64,000 nucleotides of DNA from a virus. The notes under the pieces are model-generated. The model saw nothing but the letters and a program-made list of their open reading frames with translations. It was not told the DNA's origin and made no database searches. The translations under genes were made by a program, and so were the position numbers. The stretch covers positions 123,451-187,450 of IMG/VR virus record IMGVR_UViG_3300008267_000004; one strand, 5' to 3'. Positions 27,675-37,286 of this stretch are shown here, piece by piece. Each line of letters opens with the position of its first letter. The first letter of the stretch is position 1.

Positions 27675-27697
27675 TTTTTACCTTAGTTTCTTTAGAT

Positions 27698-28438
27698 TTA
27701 TTTTTCTTCATGAGATGGATTCCTTACTTCATAATACGCTTTAATTGTTTCTGGATAAAGCTGCTCAAGGATTTTGAGCATCGCATCGGCAACTTTCTGA
27801 ATTTCCCATTGTGCGCCATCGTGGCTCCTTAAATCAATAAACTTTAGGATATTATTCAAGTTTGCACTTGCATAATACTCTGTATACATATTTTGTGGCA
27901 ATACACCACGGGCTTGTTCACGGCAAACTCCAGCTTCCATTAACTGGTTATATGTTCTAACGGCATCGTCGTGTAAGTCTCTGACAATATCTGATGCTCG
28001 TCTTCCTTGAATCCATTGATCTGGTTCTTCGATCCATGGATTAATTTGCTCGTCGTTATTACTTGCTTGTCTGTTATTAGAATGCTGAGTTCTAAACTCT
28101 GTAGGGGCGTAAAACTCAAGATTTTCCGGCGTATAACGCCTACTGATTTCATTGTAACTCCATGTTCGGTGTCTGTGATGTTGTGATCTAATAAATAATG
28201 GTACTTTTACACGGAAAGTAACAAAACAGTGCTCAAGAGTTGAAGTATGCCTATGCTTAATAAGATATCTAATGAGCTTACGGTCTTTATCTTCCAGTTC
28301 GGCTTTGTGAACTCCAAAACTAACCCTAGCAGAGTTAACAATTGTAAGATCACTTCCGACATGATCAACAAGTTCCACTTTTCCAATTCCGTCATGATAT
28401 AAATTAATACTCAATTGATTCTTTGTAGTCTGGTCCAT
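27698..28438 (-). CDS. thyX: FAD-dependent thymidylate synthase
   Basis: NSARVS, HTSTLEH, RSQHHRHRTWSYNEISRRY, EQARGVLP, DLRS...AQWEI; start set at ATG 28438. Confidence 0.95.
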   Translation of the reverse strand: MDQTTKNQLSINLYHDGIGKVELVDHVGSDLTIVNSARVSFGVHKAELEDKDRKLIRYLIKHRHTSTLEHCFVTFRVKVPLFIRSQHHRHRTWSYNEISRRYTPENLEFYAPTEFRTQHSNNRQASNNDEQINPWIEEPDQWIQGRRASDIVRDLHDDAVRTYNQLMEAGVCREQARGVLPQNMYTEYYASANLNNILKFIDLRSHDGAQWEIQKVADAMLKILEQLYPETIKAYYEVRNPSHEEK

Positions 28439-28706
28439 TTTTAAAAACTCCATATACTGCTGATTCTGGAATGATTGAATACTTTTTCCCTTCATGGTCA
28501 AAAGTTTGCATCATATGTGCTTCAAATAACACATAGCTTCCAACATCATGTTGAAATTGACCAGATTGTGCATCTATAACTTTTGCAACTTTTAGTCTAG
28601 AAGCTGCTTTTACATAATCATCTGGTAGAAAAACACCGTTTTGTTGCTGTTGTTTTTCATCTTCTACTTCAATTACTAGATTTCTATTTCTAGAATAGAA
28701 ATTCAT
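28404..28706 (-). CDS. groES: GroES-like co-chaperonin
   Basis: NRNLVIE...NGVFLPD...AKVI...VGSYVLF...EGKKYSIIPESAVYG. Confidence 0.7.
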   Translation of the reverse strand: MNFYSRNRNLVIEVEDEKQQQQNGVFLPDDYVKAASRLKVAKVIDAQSGQFQHDVGSYVLFEAHMMQTFDHEGKKYSIIPESAVYGVFKNGPDYKESIEY

Positions 28707-28707
28707 G

Positions 28708-28980
28708 CTATACCTTCTTTCCTGTAACCTTTTTGTACATAGAATCTAATTCGGTCATATCGGTTTCATCTTTCATTAAACGATATGCCTTTAGTGCCAT
28801 CTTAATATCATCTTTTGATAGCCAATTATTGCTAACGTAACTTTTCTTAAGATCTGTTTTTTGATCTTTGAATGGCTGAATAGCTTGTTCAATTGCTACA
28901 AGCGACTTTACAAAATCTCTTACTCGATCCTCTTTAGTTTTTTCATCTTTCGTACCGTTTAATGACATTACTGAACCCAT
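28708..28980 (-). CDS. dsDNA-binding protein (T4 DsbA / GapR-like helical fold)
   Basis: VRDFVKSLVAIEQAI...KTDLKKSY...DIKMALKAYRLMK. Confidence 0.55.
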   Translation of the reverse strand: MGSVMSLNGTKDEKTKEDRVRDFVKSLVAIEQAIQPFKDQKTDLKKSYVSNNWLSKDDIKMALKAYRLMKDETDMTELDSMYKKVTGKKV

Positions 28981-29015
28981 TTTATCTCCATTCTTGTACC
29001 AAGTACAACGAACAT

Positions 29016-29044
29016 ACTATAACACACAAAAATATTGTGTGCAA
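29016..29044 (-). promoter_or_regulatory. sigma70-type promoter
   Basis: TTGCAC-17 bp-TATAGT. Confidence 0.65.
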
Positions 29045-29098
29045 ATAAAAAAATATACGCCGTTTTTTAAGCGGCGTATAAAAAATTATAAATTTTAT

Positions 29099-30127
29099 TT
29101 ATTTAACAAAAGCCCTTATATTATTCATCAAACTAAAAAATGCTGTTTTATACTGGGAAGGGTCGCCTGTTACATGTTTCTTTTTTAGTAATGCAGTTAC
29201 AATATCTTTTAGATGTTGAGCATCAACCTCACCAGTGTATCCAGCTTTTTTAAGCGCAGCTAATAATTCTGCTTTAGAATGAATAGCTGCTACTGTTTCT
29301 CTGCCAGCAAATTTTGCTGCTTCTTGCAAATATTGAGCACTTTGCTCTGCGGTCGCTTGTGTGGCATCAATTAAACTACCCATTCTGTCTAGAACCTCTG
29401 GCGATTTTAGAACCGCATCTGATTTTAAATGTTCATGCATGGCAGTAAACATATTATTAAATTCTGTCATATCTGACACATCAAATGTTTTCTTTGATCT
29501 TATAAATGCATCTAGTTTTTCTACCATCTGAGGAGAAAGATCTACTCCCATTTTATGCATAGCGGCTTTATTATGTAGTAAGTTTAGCATCGCTTGAGAA
29601 TCCGATGTTAATCTAACCTTTTCTCCATAATCGCTATAAACAACATCAGCTTTTGCAGTTCCAACCATAGAATTATATACTAAATATGCTATAGCTGCCC
29701 AAAAAGCCACTTTAACAACCAGTGCAACTATACTATAAAGAGTTGGATAATTTTGTTTAAATTTTTCAACTAAACTAAAGACTTTTTGTATTAAGCCAAA
29801 GACAGCACCTGCACCCTTAATAGCTAATTGTAGCACTTTAATGCCCATTTCGTTAATTTTATTAACGACTGCATCTTTTATTCCCTTTAACGCTCCAACA
29901 GCTTTTGTTAGGATTCCTTCATTTATAAATTTTAAATCATTTTCTATAGATTCTGCTAATATCTTAATATATTCTTCTCTTGAAATTCTGTTTAATGATA
30001 ATTCTTCATTTAGAACATCTAACTTGAAAGAGCCAAATTTTGTTTCTAACAATAAATCAGTAGATTTTTTTTCTACATCATTTGAAAAATTTCTCCAATT
30101 TTCCATGATAAGCTGCATATCTCTCAT
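29099..30127 (-). CDS. putative head-internal protein with leader motif B and amphipathic/hydrophobic helices
   Basis: MRDMQLIMENWRNF; own late motif at 30160-30167; hydrophobic IVALVVKVAFWAAIAYLVY. Confidence 0.55.
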   Translation of the reverse strand: MRDMQLIMENWRNFSNDVEKKSTDLLLETKFGSFKLDVLNEELSLNRISREEYIKILAESIENDLKFINEGILTKAVGALKGIKDAVVNKINEMGIKVLQLAIKGAGAVFGLIQKVFSLVEKFKQNYPTLYSIVALVVKVAFWAAIAYLVYNSMVGTAKADVVYSDYGEKVRLTSDSQAMLNLLHNKAAMHKMGVDLSPQMVEKLDAFIRSKKTFDVSDMTEFNNMFTAMHEHLKSDAVLKSPEVLDRMGSLIDATQATAEQSAQYLQEAAKFAGRETVAAIHSKAELLAALKKAGYTGEVDAQHLKDIVTALLKKKHVTGDPSQYKTAFFSLMNNIRAFVK

Positions 30128-30159
30128 ATTAATTCCCCTAATAAAACTCCGATAATACT

Positions 30160-30167
30160 TAAATAGT
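30160..30167 (-). promoter_or_regulatory. putative phage late promoter
   Basis: Sense ACTATTTA. Confidence 0.6.
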
Positions 30168-30191
30168 ATTATCGGAGTGTATTAGTAAAAT

Positions 30192-31860
30192 TTATTTAAC
30201 TGGGCAAGCACCACCAGCACATTCCATAGAATCTTCTAGTTCACCATCACCAATATTTTGGTCGTTAATAGGCTTAATTTTTGCTGATAGTTTCTCGTAT
30301 TGATCTTTTGTAATGGTTTCTTTTGGAGCTTGTTTGAAACCGTGTTCGCTATGACATAGGAATGAAATAGTTTTTAGATATTTCAAATTATCATTTAGCC
30401 ATACCTTTAATTGTTCAATATCTTCACGCTTATAATATACTGTAACTGACACGGATTGATCTGCCCAGTGTTTTTGGGCCATCTTTACAACATCTAATTG
30501 TTTCCAAGTTGTCCAATCTTCATCTGCAACAGGCGCATCGTCTGGTGCTGCAACATAGAAATCAACAACAAGAGTGTTGTGATCTAAGCTACCGTCGAAT
30601 CTTACCACAGGCTCCATGTAATGTCCAGCTTCTTTTAGGAGTGGAATTAATGAATCATTTGCTGAGAATCGTACACGCTGAATAATATAGCGTGAATATC
30701 CTGGATGTACTCCTTCATAGCAATCAAATACCTTAGAAATAGTTCCAGAAGGCTTAATAACTGTGGTACGAATACTTTCTGGAATTCCTAGTTCGCGTGA
30801 ATATTTTACGTTCTCGTCTTGGATTGCAGCATATGCACGGTCAAGAACATCTGGCGTAAATAATGGGCTTTGTAGGCAACCAGTAATACCAGTTCCAATT
30901 CTACGATTACGTTTTACAACCGCATCACATTTAGGCTGATGATATTTTTCTGTTGTTACACGCTTACCCCAACGGTGCATAAGACGCGCAGCTTCAATAA
31001 ACTCTTCTTCATTTTTTAGATTGGGAAGAGCAATTTCTTGAAGATTACATGGCTCACCATCTTCTAGAGTTGCCTCTGCACATGGATTAACACCAATAGC
31101 TGTATCTGGCTTTAGTTCACCCATGCGAGCAAATTTTTGCATATTCTCACGGTTTACAATACCAAATGGTTCACCTTCTTCATAGGTTTTCCAGAATAGT
31201 GGATGTAAATCTTGTGCATCATCTACAACAACTGAGAAGTTAGCCATAGCTCTTTGGGTTGGAATATTACCAAGATCCCAGCGTTTAGCCTTTAAGTACT
31301 CTTTATCCCAACAATCACCGAGAATAATAATAGCTGAACGACGAACATTACCGGCAACGACCATCTCAGCAATTGAACACAAGATATCAGATGCGTCAAG
31401 AGGTTTGACGACCTTCACGACTATCTGGTACAATAAAATCAGCATCGTGAGTGTCTTTATTGACAATTTGTACTTCTTTCTTAACTTTTGGTAACTTGCT
31501 GACATATCTGTGCTCAACAGACATACCAACACCGCCACCTAACATAAGTAGATCTTGAGCAAGTACAAAATTGGTCCAATCATCACCAGCAACGAACCAA
31601 CAGTTATTTAATGCAACACCACCGAGCCGCTTATGAGATGGAGCACCTGAATACCACCAACCACGACCAGCGGGACCAGCTTTACGTTGCATTAAATAGT
31701 ATCGTAGACGATTAATTTCTTCTTCGCTTACATTATGACCAACTACATTTCCATGTATAACACGTTCTACGGTGTCTTCCCAATTTTCTAACGCGCCATA
31801 ATCTTTACGTGCGTATGTTCTTTTATATACAACTTTAGCTAGATTGGACCAATTTGACAT
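30192..31860 (-). pseudogene. nrdJ: class II (B12-dependent, monomeric RTPR-type) ribonucleotide reductase, split by an internal deletion/frameshift
   Basis: N-part has NNCWF, LMLGGGVG and PDSREG; C-part has VVAGNVRRSA, NPCAE, EPCNL, KPSGT and CAGGACP. The two parts are in different frames at about 31396-31420. Confidence 0.85.
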
Positions 31861-31875
31861 TACTTATTTCTCCTA

Positions 31876-32124
31876 TTATAGAATTTCTTTTAACTTGGTG
31901 ACATTTGCACCACCAACCACTCTTTGTACCTCTGTGTTATTTTCTAATACAACAAATGTTGGAACCCCCGCTACACCAAAATTAGTAGCCATTACTGGGT
32001 TTTCGTCAACGTCAACTACTTCAAATTGAACTCCCTGTACTGACTCTTTTAATTGATTAAATACGGGCTTTGCTTGACGACATGGACCACACCAACTAGC
32101 TGAAAACATAATTACTTTCTTCAT
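31876..32124 (-). CDS. thioredoxin
   Basis: WCGPC active site, GVPTF. Confidence 0.93.
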   Translation of the reverse strand: MKKVIMFSASWCGPCRQAKPVFNQLKESVQGVQFEVVDVDENPVMATNFGVAGVPTFVVLENNTEVQRVVGGANVTKLKEIL

Positions 32125-32125
32125 T

Positions 32126-33514
32126 TTATTCTCCTACGGCTTTTCGTTCCTTACGAAAGCTCTTGTATTTTTGCTTTAAGTTCTCTTCTTGCTTTTTTGT
32201 AGCACTTTCAATAATTTCACTTGCTGTTTCCGTACTCTGAGATAGGACTTTAATCTTAACATTGCTTGTATCCATAAAAATAGGGAATACTAAACCATCG
32301 GGACCATTTCGATTCTTAGCAACGAAAATACGTCCCTCGTTTGTGTTCTTATCTTTTATTGTTCTGGATACGGTAAAGATGAGGTCTGCAACGAAACACT
32401 TGTTAAAGGCTTCGCTAATTGACTCCATTGTGATGACTTCTGCGTTAAGCCCGCTTCGATTGGTTTGCGAGGCGGTCCATAATGTACAACCATATGTTTG
32501 TGCCAACCCTCTAAGTTCTTCATAGATGCTCTCCAACTCATTTCGTTTCTCTTTTTGTGCAGAGATAGGTTTAAGTAGATCGCCGTAGTCCACAATGACC
32601 ATATCAATTTTAAAATCTTTACGTTTTAATTTCTCAAGGTGATTTTTAATTGTATTTGTCGATGCAGATTTTGTAGGATACTCTTTAATAATAAGCTTAC
32701 CCTGTACGTCTTTTACACCTTCCCATACCTGATCTTTTTGTTCTTTTACATCAGATAATTGAATACCAGTAATACATGAATCGTAACGTAAAGCTACAAC
32801 TTTATCTTGAAGCTCCAGAGTGTAATGTACCACGTTTAAACCTGCCTGTAAAGCCATCGCACCTAAATGTACAAGTGCCATAGATTTACCTGCGCCGGTT
32901 GGAGCAATAACTACACCTAGTTCGCCTCTGCCTAATCCACCTTTTGTAATATTATCAATTAGATCCCAGCCAGTTGTAATTGGATTACGAGCTACAATAT
33001 CAAAACGCTTTTCAAAGTCAACAATAAAATCGTAACCATGATCATTGTCTGTGCCTAGTTTTAGAGCATCGTTGATAATTTTACTAATCTCATCATAAGA
33101 TGAGTTTTGAATTAATCCAACACTTTTAATCATAGCTTCTTTTAGTTTCTGCTTTTTGCAGAAATCCAAAGATACGTCTTTAATGTGCTGTTCACCATCA
33201 AGTGAAAATTCATTAGATTGAATACGAGCATAGAAATCACGAACTTGTTTCTGTAATAGTTCATTCTCTTTCTCAATATCTGACCTAAGTATGGTTGTCA
33301 TAGTATCGCGTGATGGGTGCGTACCATATTTTTTTCTATATGCAAAAACTTTTTCTACGAAAAGACGTAGATATTTTACATCTAGAAAGTTGATATCTAG
33401 AACTTCACTAATTTGATCACAAAACTGTCTATCGTCCAACATAAGTTGGACTAGGTTCTCTTGAAACTTTGTTCCAAATTTTTCAAATGTAGCTTTTTCA
33501 TTAACAAATGACAT
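32126..33514 (-). CDS. DnaB-like replicative helicase (T4 gp41-like)
   Basis: ITTGW..ID, APTGAGKS, YTLEL, IVDYGDLL, TASQTNRSG, KNRNGPDG; start set at ATG 33514. Confidence 0.9.
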   Translation of the reverse strand: MSFVNEKATFEKFGTKFQENLVQLMLDDRQFCDQISEVLDINFLDVKYLRLFVEKVFAYRKKYGTHPSRDTMTTILRSDIEKENELLQKQVRDFYARIQSNEFSLDGEQHIKDVSLDFCKKQKLKEAMIKSVGLIQNSSYDEISKIINDALKLGTDNDHGYDFIVDFEKRFDIVARNPITTGWDLIDNITKGGLGRGELGVVIAPTGAGKSMALVHLGAMALQAGLNVVHYTLELQDKVVALRYDSCITGIQLSDVKEQKDQVWEGVKDVQGKLIIKEYPTKSASTNTIKNHLEKLKRKDFKIDMVIVDYGDLLKPISAQKEKRNELESIYEELRGLAQTYGCTLWTASQTNRSGLNAEVITMESISEAFNKCFVADLIFTVSRTIKDKNTNEGRIFVAKNRNGPDGLVFPIFMDTSNVKIKVLSQSTETASEIIESATKKQEENLKQKYKSFRKERKAVGE

Positions 33515-33536
33515 ATATTTCTCCCAAATCATGTAC

Positions 33537-33566
33537 ACTATAGCACAGGAAATTAGCAGTTCTCAA
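33537..33566 (-). promoter_or_regulatory. sigma70-type promoter for the helicase
   Basis: TTGAGA-18 bp-TATAGT with extended -10 TG. Confidence 0.55.
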
Positions 33567-34533
33567 GTACAATCTTTTTTAGGTGAATAAAAAGGTCGTC
33601 CAAATTTAAAGATGGGAATCCATCTTGTATCATCATACGGACAATATCTAATTTATTAAATGTACATTCACTATTCTCTAATGCATAATCTATTTTTTGT
33701 GAATCCTGAATAGAAATATTGGGAATAGCTAACTGCATAATTTTGTAATTGTCTCTAATTTTATTTTGTTGCTCAAGAACACTACTATATGCTTTTACTT
33801 TAGATTCTGCGTTTACACAAAAATCTACTAATTCATCCACAGTATATGTTTTTTCTTCAGCAAGAATAGGAAAACGTTTGGCAACAGTTGGCAATCCAAC
33901 TCCACCAATGCCTTCAATATTATCTGATTTATCCCCAGATAAAGCTCTAGCCAAACAGAAGTTATTTGGATGAATTCCATATTCTTCTATTATTTTTTTC
34001 TTGTTAAGAACTTCATGCTGGACAGGACGGTACAGAACAGTCGAATTATCACATAACTGAATAAAATCTTTGTCACTAGATACAATTACCTTATTGTAGT
34101 TAGTCAATGTTTTATGATTAACTACGGCTGATATAATATCATCTGCCTCAACACCGTCAAGCAGAAGTTGTACAATAGGCATAGCATTGATATATTCTAC
34201 CAATCTAGTCATTTGCCAAATTTTATTATCTATTTCTTCATTTTCAGATAGATTTCTAATATTTCTATTTAGTCGAATCGGACTTCTGCCTTCTTTATAT
34301 CCCTTATTCATGGATTTACGTTTAGAAGACCCACCTTTTCCATCCCAACAAATTACAACCCTGTTTGGGTTTGTTTCCCTAATTAATTTTTGTAAAATTT
34401 TTACAAAACCAGTAATTCCCCCAACAGGTTGACCATTGGAGGAAACACTTGGATCTACAACATATGCTCTAAAATAGTTATTATTACCATCAATTATAAG
34501 GACTTTTTTCTTATCCACTAATACCTCAAACAT
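33553..34533 (-). CDS. 5'-3' exonuclease / flap endonuclease (T4 RNase H-like)
   Basis: IIDGNN, CWDG, YKEGR, EADDII, SSDKDFIQL, GDKSDNIEGIGGVG. Confidence 0.9.
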   Translation of the reverse strand: MFEVLVDKKKVLIIDGNNNYFRAYVVDPSVSSNGQPVGGITGFVKILQKLIRETNPNRVVICWDGKGGSSKRKSMNKGYKEGRSPIRLNRNIRNLSENEEIDNKIWQMTRLVEYINAMPIVQLLLDGVEADDIISAVVNHKTLTNYNKVIVSSDKDFIQLCDNSTVLYRPVQHEVLNKKKIIEEYGIHPNNFCLARALSGDKSDNIEGIGGVGLPTVAKRFPILAEEKTYTVDELVDFCVNAESKVKAYSSVLEQQNKIRDNYKIMQLAIPNISIQDSQKIDYALENSECTFNKLDIVRMMIQDGFPSLNLDDLFIHLKKIVLENC

Positions 34534-34608
34534 TCATCTCTATGAATGTCACGTTGTAAAGTATTTCTACAAACTGAAGGAATTTCTTCCCTTCTTTCTT
34601 GTTTTTCT

Positions 34609-34637
34609 GTAGTAGCACATGAAAAAAATACAGTCAA
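34609..34637 (-). promoter_or_regulatory. sigma70-type promoter
   Basis: TTGACT-17 bp-TACTAC with extended -10 TG. Confidence 0.5.
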
Positions 34638-34650
34638 TAAAAGCAAATAT

Positions 34651-34845
34651 TTAATCATTATTTTCCTCAACAACGATAAAAGTTAAATCTGGGTCCATGT
34701 TTGAGGCCATCCTATTGTTCCTCTCGCTAACCTCAAGTTCAGCATATCTTTTTTCTGTATATCTAAGTGGTCTACCATCATAACTTTTAAGAGTTAAAAG
34801 ATGCTCACCTGTATTTTTTGAATATAGCACTACATTATATAACAT
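34651..34845 (-). CDS. hypothetical protein
   Basis: Start moved to ATG 34845 (SD AGGAG). Confidence 0.5.
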   Translation of the reverse strand: MLYNVVLYSKNTGEHLLTLKSYDGRPLRYTEKRYAELEVSERNNRMASNMDPDLTFIVVEENND

Positions 34846-34856
34846 TATTCTTTCTC

Positions 34857-35048
34857 CTATGAAACTGGCATAACTTCTATAAACCCATATCCATCCCATT
34901 TAACAATTCTAAATGGTGAATTTTCTGGGTGTGTCCTATTAACACGCTCAAGAACATGATTTAAAGTACTTGGCGGTAATCTTGCATTACAAGCGTCTAC
35001 AATGTCTCCATCGCGATCAATGACCATATAACATGGATTTAATACCAT
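34857..35048 (-). CDS. small hypothetical protein (paralog of the adjacent ORF)
   Basis: Start moved to ATG 35048 (SD GAGG). Confidence 0.5.
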   Translation of the reverse strand: MVLNPCYMVIDRDGDIVDACNARLPPSTLNHVLERVNRTHPENSPFRIVKWDGYGFIEVMPVS

Positions 35049-35088
35049 TTTAATATCCTCTTTTCTTTCATGTACTCTATAAAAATAT

Positions 35089-35247
35089 TTAAGAACCATT
35101 ATCTTTACTCCACTCTATAAATGTATAGCCGGTCCATTTAAAAACTTTATAGGGTGAAACATCACTTGGTTTCCAATCACAATCTCTGTACGCAATTATA
35201 TTACCCCATTTGTCCACTATCAGGTAGAATGGTTGTTTTGGACTCAT
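35089..35247 (-). CDS. small hypothetical protein (paralog of the adjacent ORF)
   Basis: Start moved to ATG 35247 (SD GGAG). Confidence 0.5.
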   Translation of the reverse strand: MSPKQPFYLIVDKWGNIIAYRDCDWKPSDVSPYKVFKWTGYTFIEWSKDNGS

Positions 35248-35689
35248 TTTCTTTTCTCCAACGGCGCTGTTCAGCATGTTCATCACAAAGAGTGATCATC
35301 CAACCATCATCTCTTGTTTTACCTTTTTGACCACATGTTTCACAAATTTTTCTGGACATGGCTTCCGCAGTAAATATCACGCCACGGTCAAATTCGTCAC
35401 CTCCAGATACATAAAAACGTAGTCCACCAAACTTTTCTTTAATCTGAACAGCTTTTACTGGATAATACTCTTTTGTTTCTTGCTGCTTTCCCATTTTAAT
35501 CAGAAGTTTTGTATTCGCTTCGTGACGTTTTTGGTTTGAAATTACACCATCACAAATAGTAGTAATAAGATCATACCAGCCATCACCAATATCTAGGTAA
35601 CATTTGGTTACAATTCCTGTGACTTCGCAGGTATCAGTAAGTACTGTAGGAAATTTATCGTATAGTTCGTTTGCTAGTTCTTCTTTCAT
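35201..35689 (-). CDS. conserved phage protein with QxKEKFGGLRFY motif and C-terminal zinc ribbon
   Basis: GDGWYDLI, QIKEKFGGLRFY, CETCG...LCDEH. Confidence 0.65.
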   Translation of the reverse strand: MKEELANELYDKFPTVLTDTCEVTGIVTKCYLDIGDGWYDLITTICDGVISNQKRHEANTKLLIKMGKQQETKEYYPVKAVQIKEKFGGLRFYVSGGDEFDRGVIFTAEAMSRKICETCGQKGKTRDDGWMITLCDEHAEQRRWRKENESKTTILPDSGQMG

Positions 35690-36044
35690 CTTTTTTCTCC
35701 GCTTTTCTTATGATCATTTGCTGAATAGCAAGAATCATCTGACCAATATCAGATGTTCCATTCATATATATTTCCTGTTTTTTATTTTTCTTAAAACAGT
35801 CGTCGCATGGAACATATCCCCATTGATCTAGCTTACGCTGATCTTTTTCAGATAGCTGTTGTTTGTACTCAAAATATGTTCTACCAGCAACAAAAACTTC
35901 CACACAACAGTCTGGGATGTTTGAGTAATTTCCTTCTATTCTGTTAAATGCGTCTGTTAGAAGTAATACTGTATCTGCTAAATTTTTGTCGTCTGACAAA
36001 GACGGCTTAAGATGCTTTCTCATGATTTCTTTAGACTTTGACAT
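35655..36044 (-). CDS. hypothetical protein
   Basis: 129 aa ORF with overlapping junctions. Confidence 0.45.
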   Translation of the reverse strand: MSKSKEIMRKHLKPSLSDDKNLADTVLLLTDAFNRIEGNYSNIPDCCVEVFVAGRTYFEYKQQLSEKDQRKLDQWGYVPCDDCFKKNKKQEIYMNGTSDIGQMILAIQQMIIRKAEKKDERRTSKRTIR

Positions 36045-36960
36045 TAAAATCCTCTCGTAGTTTAAAAATTGCCAAGTTCTTGCTTTTTGCTTCTACATCA
36101 ATATCTACAGTATCATCTCGCATATATTGCAACTGAAAGTCGGGAACGTAATGGATCATTTGCGAGTGCGCTCTTCTATCGTTAAAGCCAGCATTTTCTT
36201 TGCCTGGTTCGGTGTTGGATAGATGTTGCAGACCTTTAATCTTACCCCATGTAGAAAGCGCAAGATTAGATGCATCAATAGGTGTAAGACCTCCAGTATT
36301 GAAATTATGATGGTGAGAATCAAATACAACAGGCACACCGCAATGATTATGAATCTGAACAAGATCAGTAACGGTATAGCTTTTTTCATCGTTTTCTAAC
36401 GTTAGACGACTCTTTACAGACTCGGGTAATGACTTGATTACACTAATTAGCTGTTCCTTACGATTCGCTTTACCGCCATGAATGTTGATTGCATAGTAAG
36501 GTGTCCGATCAAAACCCATTTGGTCAAAAATCCACGCATGATATTCTAGCTCCTTGATTGAGTTTTCAACTACTTGTCTTTTATCGGAAGACAACACCGT
36601 GAATTGACCTGGATGGGTGGTGACGCGGATTCCAGATTCTTTAAATAGCCTTCCAAGGCTGGCAAGTCCTTGTAGTAGCTGCTGATCATTTCGTGCAAGT
36701 TCTGCACAGAACTCAAAAAGCGGGAAGAGGCTGCTTGACAAGCGGAAAGACTTGATGCCTCCTTCAAGGATCTTAGGTAGAATTCGCAAGTGTTCATCGA
36801 CATTATTTCTATACGTGTCAATAATTCTTTCTCTAGTGTACTTGCCATTTTTGTACGCTCCAAGTTGTAAGCTTTTTTCATCAATATTATTTTCGTACAC
36901 AATTGTGCCATCTCGTTTTTTACGAGGTTCTAGCCATTGACAACATAAACCTAAACTCAT
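36031..36960 (-). CDS. uvsE: UV DNA damage endonuclease (UVDE)
   Basis: LGLCC, FRLSS.LFP, HPGQFTVLSS, NIHGG, LTLENDE, VFDSHHH, AHS, DVEAKSK. Confidence 0.9.
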   Translation of the reverse strand: MSLGLCCQWLEPRKKRDGTIVYENNIDEKSLQLGAYKNGKYTRERIIDTYRNNVDEHLRILPKILEGGIKSFRLSSSLFPLFEFCAELARNDQQLLQGLASLGRLFKESGIRVTTHPGQFTVLSSDKRQVVENSIKELEYHAWIFDQMGFDRTPYYAINIHGGKANRKEQLISVIKSLPESVKSRLTLENDEKSYTVTDLVQIHNHCGVPVVFDSHHHNFNTGGLTPIDASNLALSTWGKIKGLQHLSNTEPGKENAGFNDRRAHSQMIHYVPDFQLQYMRDDTVDIDVEAKSKNLAIFKLREDFNVKV

Positions 36961-37220
36961 TATTGCTCCTTATAAGACTTTACGTAAGTCTCATCAATAA
37001 CATCCCATGCTTTTGAAAAACCTAACACAAAAAATCTGCGTTCTGCTGCTGAACGAAAATGATACACGTTACCAACCATCATAACGCTTATTTCTTCCTC
37101 TTCAAGATTGTATAACCATTCAGTAAATTCATTCCAATTTTCTATATTGTCTAGAACGTAAAGAGAGGCTTTGCCACCATGTGTAGATGGATTTGGCCCT
37201 ATCTTTTGAATTTTAATCAT
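36960..37220 (-). CDS. hypothetical protein
   Basis: 86 aa ORF with SD GGAG, first gene after a promoter. Confidence 0.55.
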   Translation of the reverse strand: MIKIQKIGPNPSTHGGKASLYVLDNIENWNEFTEWLYNLEEEEISVMMVGNVYHFRSAAERRFFVLGFSKAWDVIDETYVKSYKEQ

Positions 37221-37237
37221 AAAAACTCCAATAAAAA

Positions 37238-37267
37238 ACCCACTGTGGCTATAGTACCACAGTGGGT
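37238..37267 (-). terminator. intrinsic terminator whose loop contains a -10 box
   Basis: 11-bp stem ACCCACTGTGG/CCACAGTGGGT with U tail. Confidence 0.75.
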
Positions 37268-37279
37268 CCGCAGGGTCAA
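37251..37279 (-). promoter_or_regulatory. sigma70-type early promoter
   Basis: TTGACC-17 bp-TACTAT with extended -10 TG. Confidence 0.75.
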
Positions 37280-37286
37280 GAACTTT

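Noticed and set aside
30192-31860. RNR split as a group I intron/homing endonuclease insertion or as a natural two-subunit enzyme
   Set aside because: There is no inserted DNA; sequence is missing rather than added, and the downstream ORF's first 43 aa are just an alternate frame of the N-terminal part.
313-33538. Longest-ORF start codons given in the track for 313..915, 6731..7348, 7857..8258, 8759..9136, 17937..18365, 18247..19317, 19265..19567, 24901..25350, 27698..28501 and 32126..33538
   Set aside because: They overlap neighbouring genes, promoters or terminators; downstream ATGs with SD sites or coupled stops fit better and were used instead.
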